NCBI RefSeq assembly: GCF_018977255.1
Contig: NW_024704743.1
Coordinates: 27,716,001-27,780,000 of the forward strand
Reading direction: 5' to 3'
DNA: 64,000 bases
Origin: Callorhinchus milii
Lineage: Eukaryota
A program made the position numbers and the translations under genes. The notes below the pieces were generated by a model that was given only the letters and a program-made list of their open reading frames with translations, was not told where the DNA came from and ran no database searches. Below are positions 25,494-36,640 of the stretch, piece by piece (the first letter of the stretch is position 1; each line of letters opens with the position of its first letter).

Positions 25494-28087
25494 AACTTGT
25501 GTCTCGCATCCCTCGGGGTCTTGAGCACATTTACGCGTGTGTTGCGCATCGCGATGCAAACACCTCTGGTGTGATCTCGGCTATACTTTACACTGGAACC
25601 AATGCATTCACCGTGACGATAAAACTCGAGCAGCAACAATACCTGGAGAAGTTACCCCCCCACCCCGAGTATGCTGCATTTTCGTGGGAGGAGGGGGGGG
25701 GGGGGAGAAAAAGATACGGGTTAATCTCCCGGCGAGTGCTTTTAATGCGCGTAAACCGCGGTGACACTGTTGCTGATGATAACCACATCTGGACCCCCCC
25801 CCGTACCAAACCCGCACCGCTCCACGTGCGGGAACCGAACCACCGCCTCCGCACCTCTGCTGCAATCTTTCTGGCAAACTTGACGCGGGGTTTCACCCGC
25901 CGTTCGGGGCCGAATTCAACCGGTCAGCGAGAAGTCCAGGCGGATTTGGAGACCATTGGGACAGGCGGAGGGGGAGTGGGGGGGGGTCGGGGTGGGGGGG
26001 TGGGGGGGGGGTCAGTGATAAGAGGAGAAATTAGCATTTCACAGGCGGGTGACAGTGAATCTCTCTCTCTCTCTCTCTCTCTCGGGTCGAGCTCAGTATT
26101 AACACCAAACCAAACGATCCGATGTAAAAGTCCTCGCTCGGCATCGCCCGCGTGTTTTTGCACCAGTGCAGCGATCGCCCGTGTGTTTTGCACCAGTGCA
26201 GCGATCGCCCGCGTGTTTTGCACCAGTGCAGCGATCGCCCGCGTGTTTTGCACCAGTGCAGCGATCGCCCGCGTGTTTTTGCACCAGTGCAGCGATCGCC
26301 CGCGTGTTTGGCACCAGTGCAGCGATGCAAAAACACGGCGCGTGTAAATCCGGCCGCCGGCACAGCCTCTTTCTCTCTCTCTCTCACCTTTTGTGTTCAA
26401 TTATTTTTTTCTGTCTCCGAGCAGTTGGATCCAATGCCACGAAGCGAAATGATCAACGACGAGACGAAAATCAGCGTGAGTTTTGACACCTCGATCCACG
26501 CCGAAGCGAAGCTAAACTCCGAGCGGAGATCAGGACATTTGCACAATTCTCTGGTGTTTAACATCAAAGCAAACCCCCCCCCCAACTTAATTGGGAAATA
26601 TAACATCTCCCGGGACTCAGGGATGGGGAAGAGGAGAGTCGATCTGGGTATCAAAAGATAATGTGCACTGCGCCTTTCTTCCACAGAACACACAGTCGAT
26701 CGACTCTTCCCAGTATATTCCGTGGAGCGCTCTGAGACGTCTCCCCGACGCGACGAGGGGGGGGCGGGGGCTGCAAAATATTGCAAGGATGAGATAGATA
26801 GCTGTCCTCCACTGCCAGTGGAAACTCGCTAAAACACACACACACACACACACACACATACACACAGCTGTAGAAAACGTGCAAACAGCAAAAGAGCGAC
26901 CGGGTGTTGCAAACCCGTCCATCAGTTTAAGTGGACGACTGTCACCGCCTCCGGGTCGGGTTTTGGGTGTCTTTCGCTTCTATCTGCAAATGCGAATGCG
27001 AATGCGATGCGATGCGATGGTCTTAAACCGCAGTGAAACCGCAAAGCAGCAGCGCGACACCGAGAGTTGTCTCGTCGCTGGCGGAACGGAGCAATGGGAA
27101 CGGAGAAGCAATCCGCGTCCGTTTGACTCGGATTAAAGAGGACCCAGAGTGACGATCGGCGTTGTGAATGGGCTCCGACCGCACTCCCCAACCCCCGCAG
27201 TGACAGGTGCATCGCCGGCTACGCGGTGCGGGGAACCGTCTGGAGAGAAGGGCGACACGTTAGGATTGTGGCTGTGACTTTGATCTTAATCGGAGGGAGG
27301 GAGGGAGGGAGAGAGGGAGGGAGAGGGAGAGGGGGAGGGAGGGGGATCTCTGTGTTATTCCCAAGAATGTAACCTGGCCCCGTTTGCCCCGACTCCTCCA
27401 GGTGTCTCTTCCCACGTTTTTCGACCCCACACCCAAGAGCGCCACCTGCAACGATTACGCGACCGTCGGGACCCCCCGATGGCACTGGGAACACTGACAG
27501 CTCAGATCCCCGCGGGCGTGTGAGCCCGAACCCTAACCCTCTCCCGCCCTCAACAGAGCAGTTTCTAGGGATTATCCCCCCCTTCCCCCGCCACCCCCCC
27601 CCCCCCCCCCCCCTTCCCCCCCCCCCCCCCCCCTCCCTCACCCCTTTTTTTTTTCCTGCTGCGATTGCGTTTGGCTGTTGCTGCAGCACTGTCCCATCCA
27701 GTTGCGCCCTCTCAGTGGTGCGGTACGACGCAGCCCTCTCCAGTTCACTTTGGCACCGCATCGCGTCTGAGAGACACGGGGCAGTGTTTTCTCTCTGTGT
27801 CTTATTTGTTGTTGTTGTTGTTGTCGTCATCATTATTATTATTATTATTATTATTAGGTCCTTACATTAAAGATCGGGTTTAAATAGCATCATCAACAAC
27901 AAGCAACAAGGTCACATTTTGCAAGGACGCCTTTCGCGTCGGGACGACGTCCCCAGGGCGCTGGACGGTGCACAGCATATTTCAGGGAATCAACAGAAAA
28001 AAAAAAGACGCTGGAAATGTTCTGCCTCGACTGGGGTTTCGTACCATTTTCCCAAACCGATTTCGGTGCAGGAGACACACACTCACA

Positions 28088-28120
<33 letters not shown>

Positions 28121-28168
28121 CGTTGAATTTATGCAAACCTCGCAGGACCCAAAAAAAACACACACACG

Positions 28169-28199
<31 letters not shown>

Positions 28200-29499
28200 G
28201 GAGCGATTATAACAACCAAATCGCCGTCGGTGCCAACGTGGGTCCATTTCATTTCATTGTTTTCGCGAAACAAAAAGGTCCCCCCGAGTGTTTTGTTTTT
28301 GGGGGGAAAGTATTTGCCAAACCACAAGAGCAACAATTACACGTGGTGAATAATGCATTTGCAACTCGCCTGTTGTGTTGTGCGTTGTGTTGTGTTGTGT
28401 TGTGTGTTGTGTGTTGTGTGTGTGTGTGTGTGACCGAGTGTTGGTGTCTTGCATTGAGCCTGAAGGCTCTTGTGCGCAAACACGCACACACGGTGATCAT
28501 GATGGAAGTCCAAATCCTACACACACACCTACACACACACACCTACACACACACCTACACACACACACCTACACACTGTGATCATGATGGAAGTCCAAAT
28601 CCTACACACACACCTACACACACACACCTACACATACACACAGTGATCATGATGGAAGTCCAGATCCTACACACACACCTACACACACACACACACCTAC
28701 ACACACACCTACACACACACACCTACACATACACACAGTGATCATGATGGAAGTCTAGATCCTACACACACACCTACACACACACACACACCACACCTAC
28801 ACACACACCTACACACACACACACACCTACACATACACACACCTACACATACACACCTACACACACACACACACCTACACACACACCTACACATACACAC
28901 AGTGATCATGATGGAAGTCCAGATCCTACACACACACTTACACACACACACACACACAGTGCTGGGGAGTTAGTTACTCGTGGCTCTGTTCTCTCTCTCT
29001 CTCTCTCCCTCCTTCCTCCCCCCCCCCCCCCCCCCACCCCCCCCCCCCCCCCCACCCCCCCCCCCCCCCACCTTTTTGCAGACGGTGAAAGTGATGGGCA
29101 GCGACATCTCGCACAAGCTGCAGATCTCCAAGGTGCGCAAGGAAGACGAGGGGCTGTACGAGTGCCGGGTGACGGACGCCAACGTGGGCGAGCTGCAGGA
29201 GTACAAGGCTCAGGCGCACCTGTACGTCAACGCCAGCCACTCCCGGGCTCTGCAGGCGCTCGAGGCGCCGCCCCTGCCCCTGCACGATGGCAAGGGCCTG
29301 AGGGCCGCGGCCCCTGCCCCCCCCAGCCAGCGGCCTGGGCGCCGCTCCCCCGGCGGCAGCGACGACGCGGCTCGCAGAGGGCAGTCGGCACCCACCTCCA
29401 GGCCAGCGGCGGCGGCCACTATCCTCAGGCAGAGCGCCACCTCCACTTCAGGTAGGTGCTGGACCTCAGGCCAAGCTGCAACACAGCGGTACACACACA

Positions 29500-29536
<37 letters not shown>

Positions 29537-29707
29537 CCCCCCCCCCACCAACCCCCCACCTTTGCTCTTGCAAATGCTCTGAAGGCAACGCCAGGCACCT
29601 ACCTGTTGCTCTGCATTCAATTGACAAGGCATGATGTGTGTGTGTGTGTGTGTGTGTGTCTAATGTCATGTCATGTCATGTAATGGGTGCATGTTGCAAT
29701 CAACACA

Positions 29708-29746
<39 letters not shown>

Positions 29747-31233
29747 GCACATAGTCCCCCATATGTGTGCATTGCATTCATAAGATTATTCATATTATTA
29801 TTATTAGAAAAGCATAAGCTGTAATGATTTGATGCAGTGGGCGCCCATAGTCCCAGAGCAGTTAATATATTATTCGACCACTGTATAGATGAAATTTGTG
29901 TATGAAATATGCATTGGTGGTGAATACATAATGGCAGTCTGCAGACCATGAATTGAGTATCTATATTTCGATGCTACTGTACGGTTTGGCAGTGACTTAA
30001 ATGGCAGAATGACAAGACAAGTTGACGCGAAAGGTGTAACACAGCTTTCAAGTGAAATGGAAATATTTAAAGAACCCCAAATCAGGACTTCTGCTGAATG
30101 AATGCACGAGTTTAGCGTCAGATATGTGTTATCTTTTCTATTTACAAAGTTTAGGCGGGTTTTTTTTTAACTGGTGTGATACAAGCATAGGTAAAAGAGC
30201 AATAAAGCACGTAATGATTTAAGACTTGAAGGTAGAAGGCGTCACACGACTATCAGTTGAGCATTTGGAGGATTTATCAACATTGCTGCAACAATGAGAT
30301 AAACTATAAGCTTTACTGTATGTTTGTAGATAAGCATTGTACAGCAACAACAACTTGCACTTATATAGCGCCTTCCACGCAGGTTAGCTTCTCAGAGCGC
30401 TTAAATTGTACCCTTGATATGAAACATCATGCTTAATATATTTGCCATACAAATCTAGTATAGTATTCACATAATATACCAGAACCCCCCCCCCCCCCCC
30501 CCCCATATGTGTTTATTTGGTATCCTTACTGAAGGACAATAGATCTCCCTCATAGTAAAGTCATCTTATCAGAGGTGCCTATACTTCATACAATGTAGTG
30601 TGATTTTATATTACAATGTGTAGTCATTATAAGCCCTGTATATTATGTATGATATTACTATGACATGATTAGATGTTTATATATAATATATATTACAGTG
30701 AATGTTTTCTGTAATGTGTACAGTGGAGTTCTGTGGTTTTAATTAGCTTTGATAAGGTCAAATTGAACTCCTCTCAGCAAGAACTTGTTGTCTCTTGTTT
30801 TTTTTGAAACGTTCTTTCTCAGAGGACTTCAGCTATTTACAAATTCACCAAAACACCGTTTGAATGCTTTGTTTTGTTCTGGCATAAATTCAATGTTGTC
30901 GCCCCCAACCCCAACCCCTTTCACTGAGAATCCTGCTTTCTCTCTCAAAGATCAATTTCCCTACCTTGATCTTATCAGGGTTGTGGACTCTATATGTCGT
31001 GCTATATAGTGGAATTGCATGCTAAGCCAGTCGACGGTCCATTAACAGGTTATGCTGGACTCCAGTTGAAATATATGTGTTGAGAAACGTTGCTAAGAAA
31101 TATTAGAAACACAAAATCTTCCAGATGAGCGAATATTTTAACTTCTTTCGCAGGTACGACGATCGTAGCTGCAAGCCATGGACTAGCTGTCCTGCTTCTT
31201 ATTTGTGGCTTTATGAAGGGTGCTTTGCTATAG
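22538..31233 (+). CDS. VSTM2A: V-set and transmembrane domain-containing protein 2A, join(22538-22616,24253-24422,26425-26475,29082-29451,31154-31233), 249 aa
   Basis: All introns GT-AG and phase-consistent (79+170+51+370+80=750 nt). Protein [104 protein letters not shown] matches recalled VSTM2A better than VSTM2B/VSTM2L. Confidence 0.93.
23720..24050. repeat. Compound (GT)n/GTT/GTA microsatellite
   Basis: Visible in the sequence. Confidence 0.9.
24253..24422 (+). CDS. VSTM2A: VSTM2A exon 2 (Ig V-set N-half)
   Basis: Acceptor ccttttgcag|, [39 protein letters not shown], donor CAG|GTACGG. Confidence 0.95.
26141..26342. repeat. 30 bp CpG-rich minisatellite, ~6 units (GCGATCGCCCGCGTGTTTTGCACCAGTGCA)
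   Basis: Tandem array visible in intron 2. Confidence 0.95.
26425..26475 (+). CDS. VSTM2A: VSTM2A exon 3 (51 nt)
   Basis: Pyrimidine tract + gagcag|, [17 protein letters not shown], donor AGC|GTGAGT; TKIS motif is conserved in the VSTM2 family. Confidence 0.9.
28493..28960. repeat. Compound minisatellite: 5 copies of GTGATCATGATGGAAGTCYARATCCTA separated by variable (CA)n/CCTA tracts
   Basis: Cores start at 28493, 28578, 28643, 28738, 28902. Confidence 0.92.
29082..29451 (+). CDS. VSTM2A: VSTM2A exon 4 (Ig V-set C-half + low-complexity stalk)
   Basis: Acceptor ctttttgcag|, [47 protein letters not shown], donor CAG|GTAGGT. Confidence 0.95.
31154..31233 (+). CDS. VSTM2A: VSTM2A terminal exon 5a (hydrophobic, GPI-signal-like C-terminus)
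   Basis: Acceptor ttctttcgcag|, (G)[25 protein letters not shown]. Confidence 0.92.
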
Positions 31234-31272
31234 TCTTAGTGCTGACTTTTCCACTATCACTTTCTCTTAAAG

Positions 31273-31358
31273 CAAAGAGCGATTGGACGGTAAAATCCAC
31301 GGATCGGACAGCCAAATCGACCTTAAACTCCCACCCTTCTGCACCCAATGTACTGTAA
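31273..31358 (+). CDS. VSTM2A: VSTM2A alternative terminal exon 5b (hydrophilic C-terminus, 251 aa isoform)
   Basis: Acceptor cactttctcttaaag|, phase-1 compatible: (A)KSDWTVKSTDRTAKSTLNSHPSAPNVL*; resembles a recalled mammalian VSTM2A isoform ending ...VKSTERTAKLTLNS...APTVL. Confidence 0.75.
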
Positions 31359-31397
31359 TTCTCTAGCAATGGAGCCTTTTGCCGAAGAACAAGGACG

Positions 31398-31407
31398 AAT
31401 AAATAAA
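31398..31407 (+). promoter_or_regulatory. VSTM2A: Candidate proximal poly(A) signals (overlapping AATAAA x2)
   Basis: aataaataaa 40 nt after the exon 5b stop. Confidence 0.35.
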
Positions 31408-32569
31408 CCACCGCTTTTGGGCATTGTTCGGGAGAATCAATACAAAATGGAATTTAATATTGATAACGAACAACTTTTGGGCAATTTCACACGTGCGAGA
31501 TTTTAACTCGAGTGCATCCTCTTACACAATAAATCGTGCAATCCAGAGATCACCGTTGGACACAGTTTGTCAATTAATGAACCAACCACATCCAACCACC
31601 AACTCCAAATCCGTGCAAGAATTTTTTTTTATTGCACCTTCTCCACTTTAATGATAATCCGATCGTCATTTGAAGTTCTTGGGGGACAATCTTGATTTCC
31701 ATAGAAATAATTGTGTAAAGTGTGCAGGAATCTTGTAATCGCATTAGAGAACCACCTAACCCAACCCAACCCACCCAACACATTGTACCACTCCAATCGG
31801 CACCTGGATATTTTATTTTACCTATAATTTGATATGATATATGGATACATTGGAGCTACTCTATATTGCAGAGCCAACCTAACCCACATTATTTACTGCT
31901 TTTGAGTGTGATGTGATTATATTCCTTCCTTCCATATAAGCACCAAAGCTTTCCCCTGCAGCCATCTCAGTTTGCGTTGTGACACCAATACTGTTTAAAG
32001 AATTGTCTAATTCCTGAGCTGAATAATACGACACTGTGTGATTGTAATATTTCCCCCCCATCCCCCTCCCCCCCCCCCCCCCCCCCCCCCCACACACACA
32101 CACTCCTAGTAACGCAACCACTCAACCCGTGGGACAATAGTCCCTTCTCAAAATGCAAGTTGTAGAATCTTAAAAACAAAAAATATTAACATTTCTTTTG
32201 GTATTGGTTTGTGAGTGAGCAAAAAAAAAACAAAGAACCTTGCTTTGCGCTGTGAGTGTTTCTTTTTTTTTTAAAAAACAACAAAAAATGGAGCATTATC
32301 TTGCAAATCACGTCGATGTTCTGGGTTATGTTTTATTTCTCTGTAATAAAATGTCATCTTATTGGTGTGATGCTCGTTCACGGAATTGCAATCACGGGCA
32401 CAAAAAAAAAGTTAGATCACAGCGACACCTACTGAGACATATGTAGAGGCTGAATCAACTTGACATTAAAATCAAACAAGGACTATGTTCTATTTTTCCC
32501 TCCCCGTTTGCTTCGTTTTTTTGTTTGTGTATTTGCAATTAGGAAATCAATCTTGTGTGTGTGTGTTTT

Positions 32570-32690
<121 letters not shown>

Positions 32691-33734
32691 GGCGAAACAT
32701 TCCAGTGGTCAAGCACTTGCTCTCAAAATATAACTGATGTGCAAACCGATGTCCAGCGCAGACATTAAAACCAATCGATTCTAACCTCAATCACAAATCG
32801 GAATGAATGGGATGAAGCTATACCGGCTTTTCTTTTTCTTACAAAAATCCGATATTTGCAATTATTGCAAGCCTGTGGGTTTATGTTGCAGGGAGCACTG
32901 GCTTTTTCATTAAAGCCATCTCCATTTGAACCAGGTTGGTGTTTCGACCCATATTGGGATGCTCTGTTAAAGATTGCCACTGCCTCGACATTTTGATTTG
33001 GTGCACAGACTTTTTCAATGTGACCAATTTACATCCTTAAGGATTAGAGTTGAAGAAATCTGTCTTCAGCCGAAAAGTCTCAGTGTTTTTTTTTTGTAAA
33101 TGACACAATGTCCTACTATGTATTGGCGTTAACTCTATGTGAGGTTTTTTTTCTAACTCTAGTGATTGCTTGATTGCTGCTTTTCCAAGCTATTCTCCTT
33201 TCTCCAAATAGTGAAAGATTTGCTGAGCCTTGTTCCCCCTCCCCCCCACCCCCCCACAGAGCTGGTCCTTTATGAATCAGTTCCATTTTCAATTCAGATC
33301 ATTTGATTGGATTTGCAGCTCTGAATTAAACTGTCAAGTGACTGCATAATCCTTCAACTCCCGCCGAGCTATTATTTTACGGAAATAATACAATTCATAC
33401 AGGATTAAATTATCCTCAAGCAGTTTCTGACTTAATGGTTATCTCTGGAAGGGATTCAAGACTCCAAGAAGGTTGAAAATCGTTAACACAACAGATAACA
33501 GACAGGTAATGGACTGTTACCATGTTTATACAATTGCTGAACCCACCACAGAACACACATTAGCCAGTATTTCACCCCTGGGAGCAACTTATTTGATTGC
33601 ATATTACAAATGCCATGTGCTGCAAAAATAATGGGAGCTCATCGCCAATTTTTCATATCCTCTGTTTCTGTCTTGTGCTGTAAAACAATTAGGACATGCC
33701 AGGGATCTTCAGTTCTAGCACAGCTCAGAGAGGA

Positions 33735-34055
33735 CCTACAGAGATGTACAAAAAAATTAAATGCCATTGAGAAAGTATAACCAGAACAATACTTCCGCAT
33801 GCCATAAAACAGCAGTAAAGGGGATACAGGTTTACAGTTGCAAAGTGCAATTTCAGAACAGACATCGGAAAATATGTATTTATTTATTCAGAGGGTAAAT
33901 AACAACAGAAGCAGAGTACTAGGAAGGTTGGTTGAGACCAGGACCACTGAATTCATTTAAGAAACAGTTCATTGCTGCAGGGTAGGTGTTCTGAAATGAT
34001 GAGATTAAATGGGTTGAAGAGCCTTTTTTTATCCAGACAAATCTTGTGATCTTGT
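33735..34055 (+). mobile_element. CR1-type LINE 3' end, old
   Basis: agaggacctacagagatgtacaaaaaa...aggggatacaggtttacagttg...ttcagagggta...gagattaaatgggttgaagagcctt: CR1 ORF2 C-terminus and tail pattern. Confidence 0.65.
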
Positions 34056-35615
34056 GCTGGAAGTGAACTACAGAGCCAACCCTTAACCTTCTTCCTCTCT
34101 TGTAGTCTTGTATCCTTGCCACTTGTGAAGTGTTTGCTCTGGGCATTTCTGGGAAAGTGGTCACATTGGAGGCAAGCATAGTTGGGTGGCCCAGCAGTGT
34201 GGGACTGTGCTTGGGGTTTGATATGCAATTATTTCCTATGGGATTTGTTAATCATAAGGAAACCAGAAGTACGTCACATTGACCCATGACAACTCCACTT
34301 TGTCGCAGTTTTCTTTAGTGTTTTCCCTGGCGTGACGTGATGTATTTTTATCCCTGGTAGCAATTCCCACGCAGATTCCATACATAGGAATCCCGCTAAA
34401 AGATTGGACCCCAATGTGTCATGATAAGAATGAGTAGGTGGCTGGTGAATGTTTTAAACAAAAATGACATTTGGACAGTAGACGACGTGTAACACTCAGT
34501 TGAACTTCGTAGGCTCTCTCTGCAGCCAACGGTTGGGGAAGCAGCTTGCCTGAGGTCTGTGTGGGTAGCTTGTACTTAAATTTGATTGTTATTGCCAGGA
34601 TATCATTGTTTTTTTGAACCAGAAATCTCTGTTGGAAAATCCTCATTTGTGCATTGTCCAGTCAGGAAGCTACCAACCTAGAGTGCGCTGCCACCGTTCG
34701 CAGAAGACACTACAACCTCTCTCTTGTCATGTCCAAATAAAGACTTTTTTTTTTCAATTTCTTTTTAAAAGAAAACTTGAAATGCAAATCCTCACCTACA
34801 CAGTTGCACAGAAATGCAAGCTAGTGTAAACTGCACCATAGCTAGAACGTACCAGAAGGTGTCTATTATCAAATAAGATATCACAGAGACACATTCATTG
34901 TCCAATGAATTTCAAATCACTCAAACATTACACTCCATTGACCCAGCATTGCTTAAGTATACATTTAAAGAAGCCATAGTTTGCATCCAGCTGTAAAATA
35001 ATCAATGTTACAATTTGTCATTAGTTCCTGGTTACTCACAATATCTATTTCTTAACATTTCTTTTCAATTTTATTTCTGGAAACAACCGGAGTGCTCCTT
35101 GTCCCCACAATTCAATTTCCGTTTGTCAGTAAAATTAGCAATCTCAGCAGTCGTGTGAACTTTTAAAAGAGATCTCCCCATTTACATCATTGCACCATCT
35201 ACATCAATAAATTTACTCTCCAGAATAATTATGCATATTCTTAAGAGAAATAAATTCCTTTGTTAGCCTTCAAGGAACAAGGTTTATAAAACAAATTTTA
35301 AAATGTTACACCACTGATTGTTAGTCATTTTAATCTTTGGAGAGGTAAGAGTCCTGAAAACTTGTTCCTGTTTCATAGCAATGCATCATTCTCCAGTAAG
35401 GCAATGATATGTTTTGTTGTTAATAATAAGCCTCATATTTGATATAGCACTCTTCAGGTTAGAAGGATGTCTCAAAGAGTTGCACAAGATTCACTGTAAA
35501 ATGTAGTGACTGAGTATTTTATAGGCACCCACATATTAGACGCCAATTTTGTGTTGCTGGATTTATGTTATTGCAAACTTGATATGCTAAATCTTCTTTT
35601 TTTTTGCTTGAACAG

Positions 35616-35790
35616 TTTTTCGTGAAGGATAACCCTTTCAATGGTGTTCGAAAATTATTTACTTCAGACATCGAGCATGGCAACAAAAGGACCAGTAGAG
35701 TTCACTATTATTTGTAGAACTTTTAATGTATGTAATGTAATCAATATTACATTGATTTATTTTTAAAATAAAGGCAAGTATGTCAGAATA
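35616..35790 (+). other. VSTM2A: Candidate distal terminal exon 5c of VSTM2A with poly(A) signal
   Basis: Branch-like gctaa + T-rich tract + aacag| at 35615; would encode (V)FREG* (stop 35630-35632); AATAAA at 35767-35772. Confidence 0.4.
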
Positions 35791-36009
35791 TAGATAGATG
35801 TAGTTGCCACAGGAGAGTGATTGCTGGTAACTAATTTTCCACAGTTCAGTGGTGGCTGGTAATTAATGGTGTATTTTAATCATGTTCTTGACTTTTCTAA
35901 CCCTAATAGTAATTCTAACTTTGAATTAAAGGTCATACTAATATCATCGTTTTAAGGGAATTTCTTCCATGTTCACAAATTACAAAATAATCGCATCCTT
36001 CTAAATTCT

Positions 36010-36640
36010 TACAGTAGCATATGACATAAATGGGCTACTTGCCCCATCAAACCTAATCTACTATTTTATTAGATCATGGTAGATCTTTTAATCTTTTAAT
36101 CCCTTAATCCCTTTAATATCCTGGTTTCCTACGTGTCCATATACAGTCTATCTCCTTCTGAAACAACTTAATCAGTTTGGCATCTACAACCTTCTGAGGC
36201 AGTTTATTGCACATGTTCACAATCATTTGTGTCAAGTAATGTTTTCTGAACAAACTCCTGCAGGTTTAGCTCTAAATTTAAGGTTCAGATCCCTTGCTTT
36301 ACATCTCTCTATGAGAGTAAATAGTCACAGCCTACCGAGTGTGTTAATCTCCTTCATAATTTTAAATCCTCAAACCTCTCTTAAACTCCTCAGATCTGGG
36401 GAATATAATAAATGCAGTCATTGTGGCTAAACCCCTTCAGTCCAGGTTTTAATCTGGTGAGTCATCACTGGACATGCTCCAAGGCTACAATACCCATCCT
36501 AAGGTTGACCAAAATAGAGCATGATACTCCAAGTTAGGTTGGTTCTATACAATTGTAATGAGACATCCTTGTTTTGATAATCTAGACCCCTTGTTATAAA
36601 GTTGTGCATAGTAGTAGTAATTCTGATTGCTTCGTGCACC
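36010..36640 (-). mobile_element. CR1-type LINE 3' portion, old
   Basis: tggcccatcaaacct..tagatcatgg tail; catctacaaccttctgaggcag..., cccatcctaaggttgaccaaaatagagcatgatactcc (CR1 ORF2 C-terminus in reverse). Confidence 0.65.

Noticed and set aside
21865..28741. Many overlapping 100-280 aa ORFs on both strands
   Set aside because: By-products of GC-rich, microsatellite-laden VSTM2A promoter and introns; only the spliced exons show family homology
28493..28960. CRISPR-like repeat-spacer array
   Set aside because: Spacers are CA/CCTA microsatellite of very uneven length, there are no cas genes, and the context is a vertebrate intron
22538..31233. Assignment as VSTM2L or VSTM2B
   Set aside because: The FRGSGSPSY motif is VSTM2L-like, but the signal exon, [23 protein letters not shown] and the C-terminal SHGL.VLLL.CGF.KGALL fit VSTM2A
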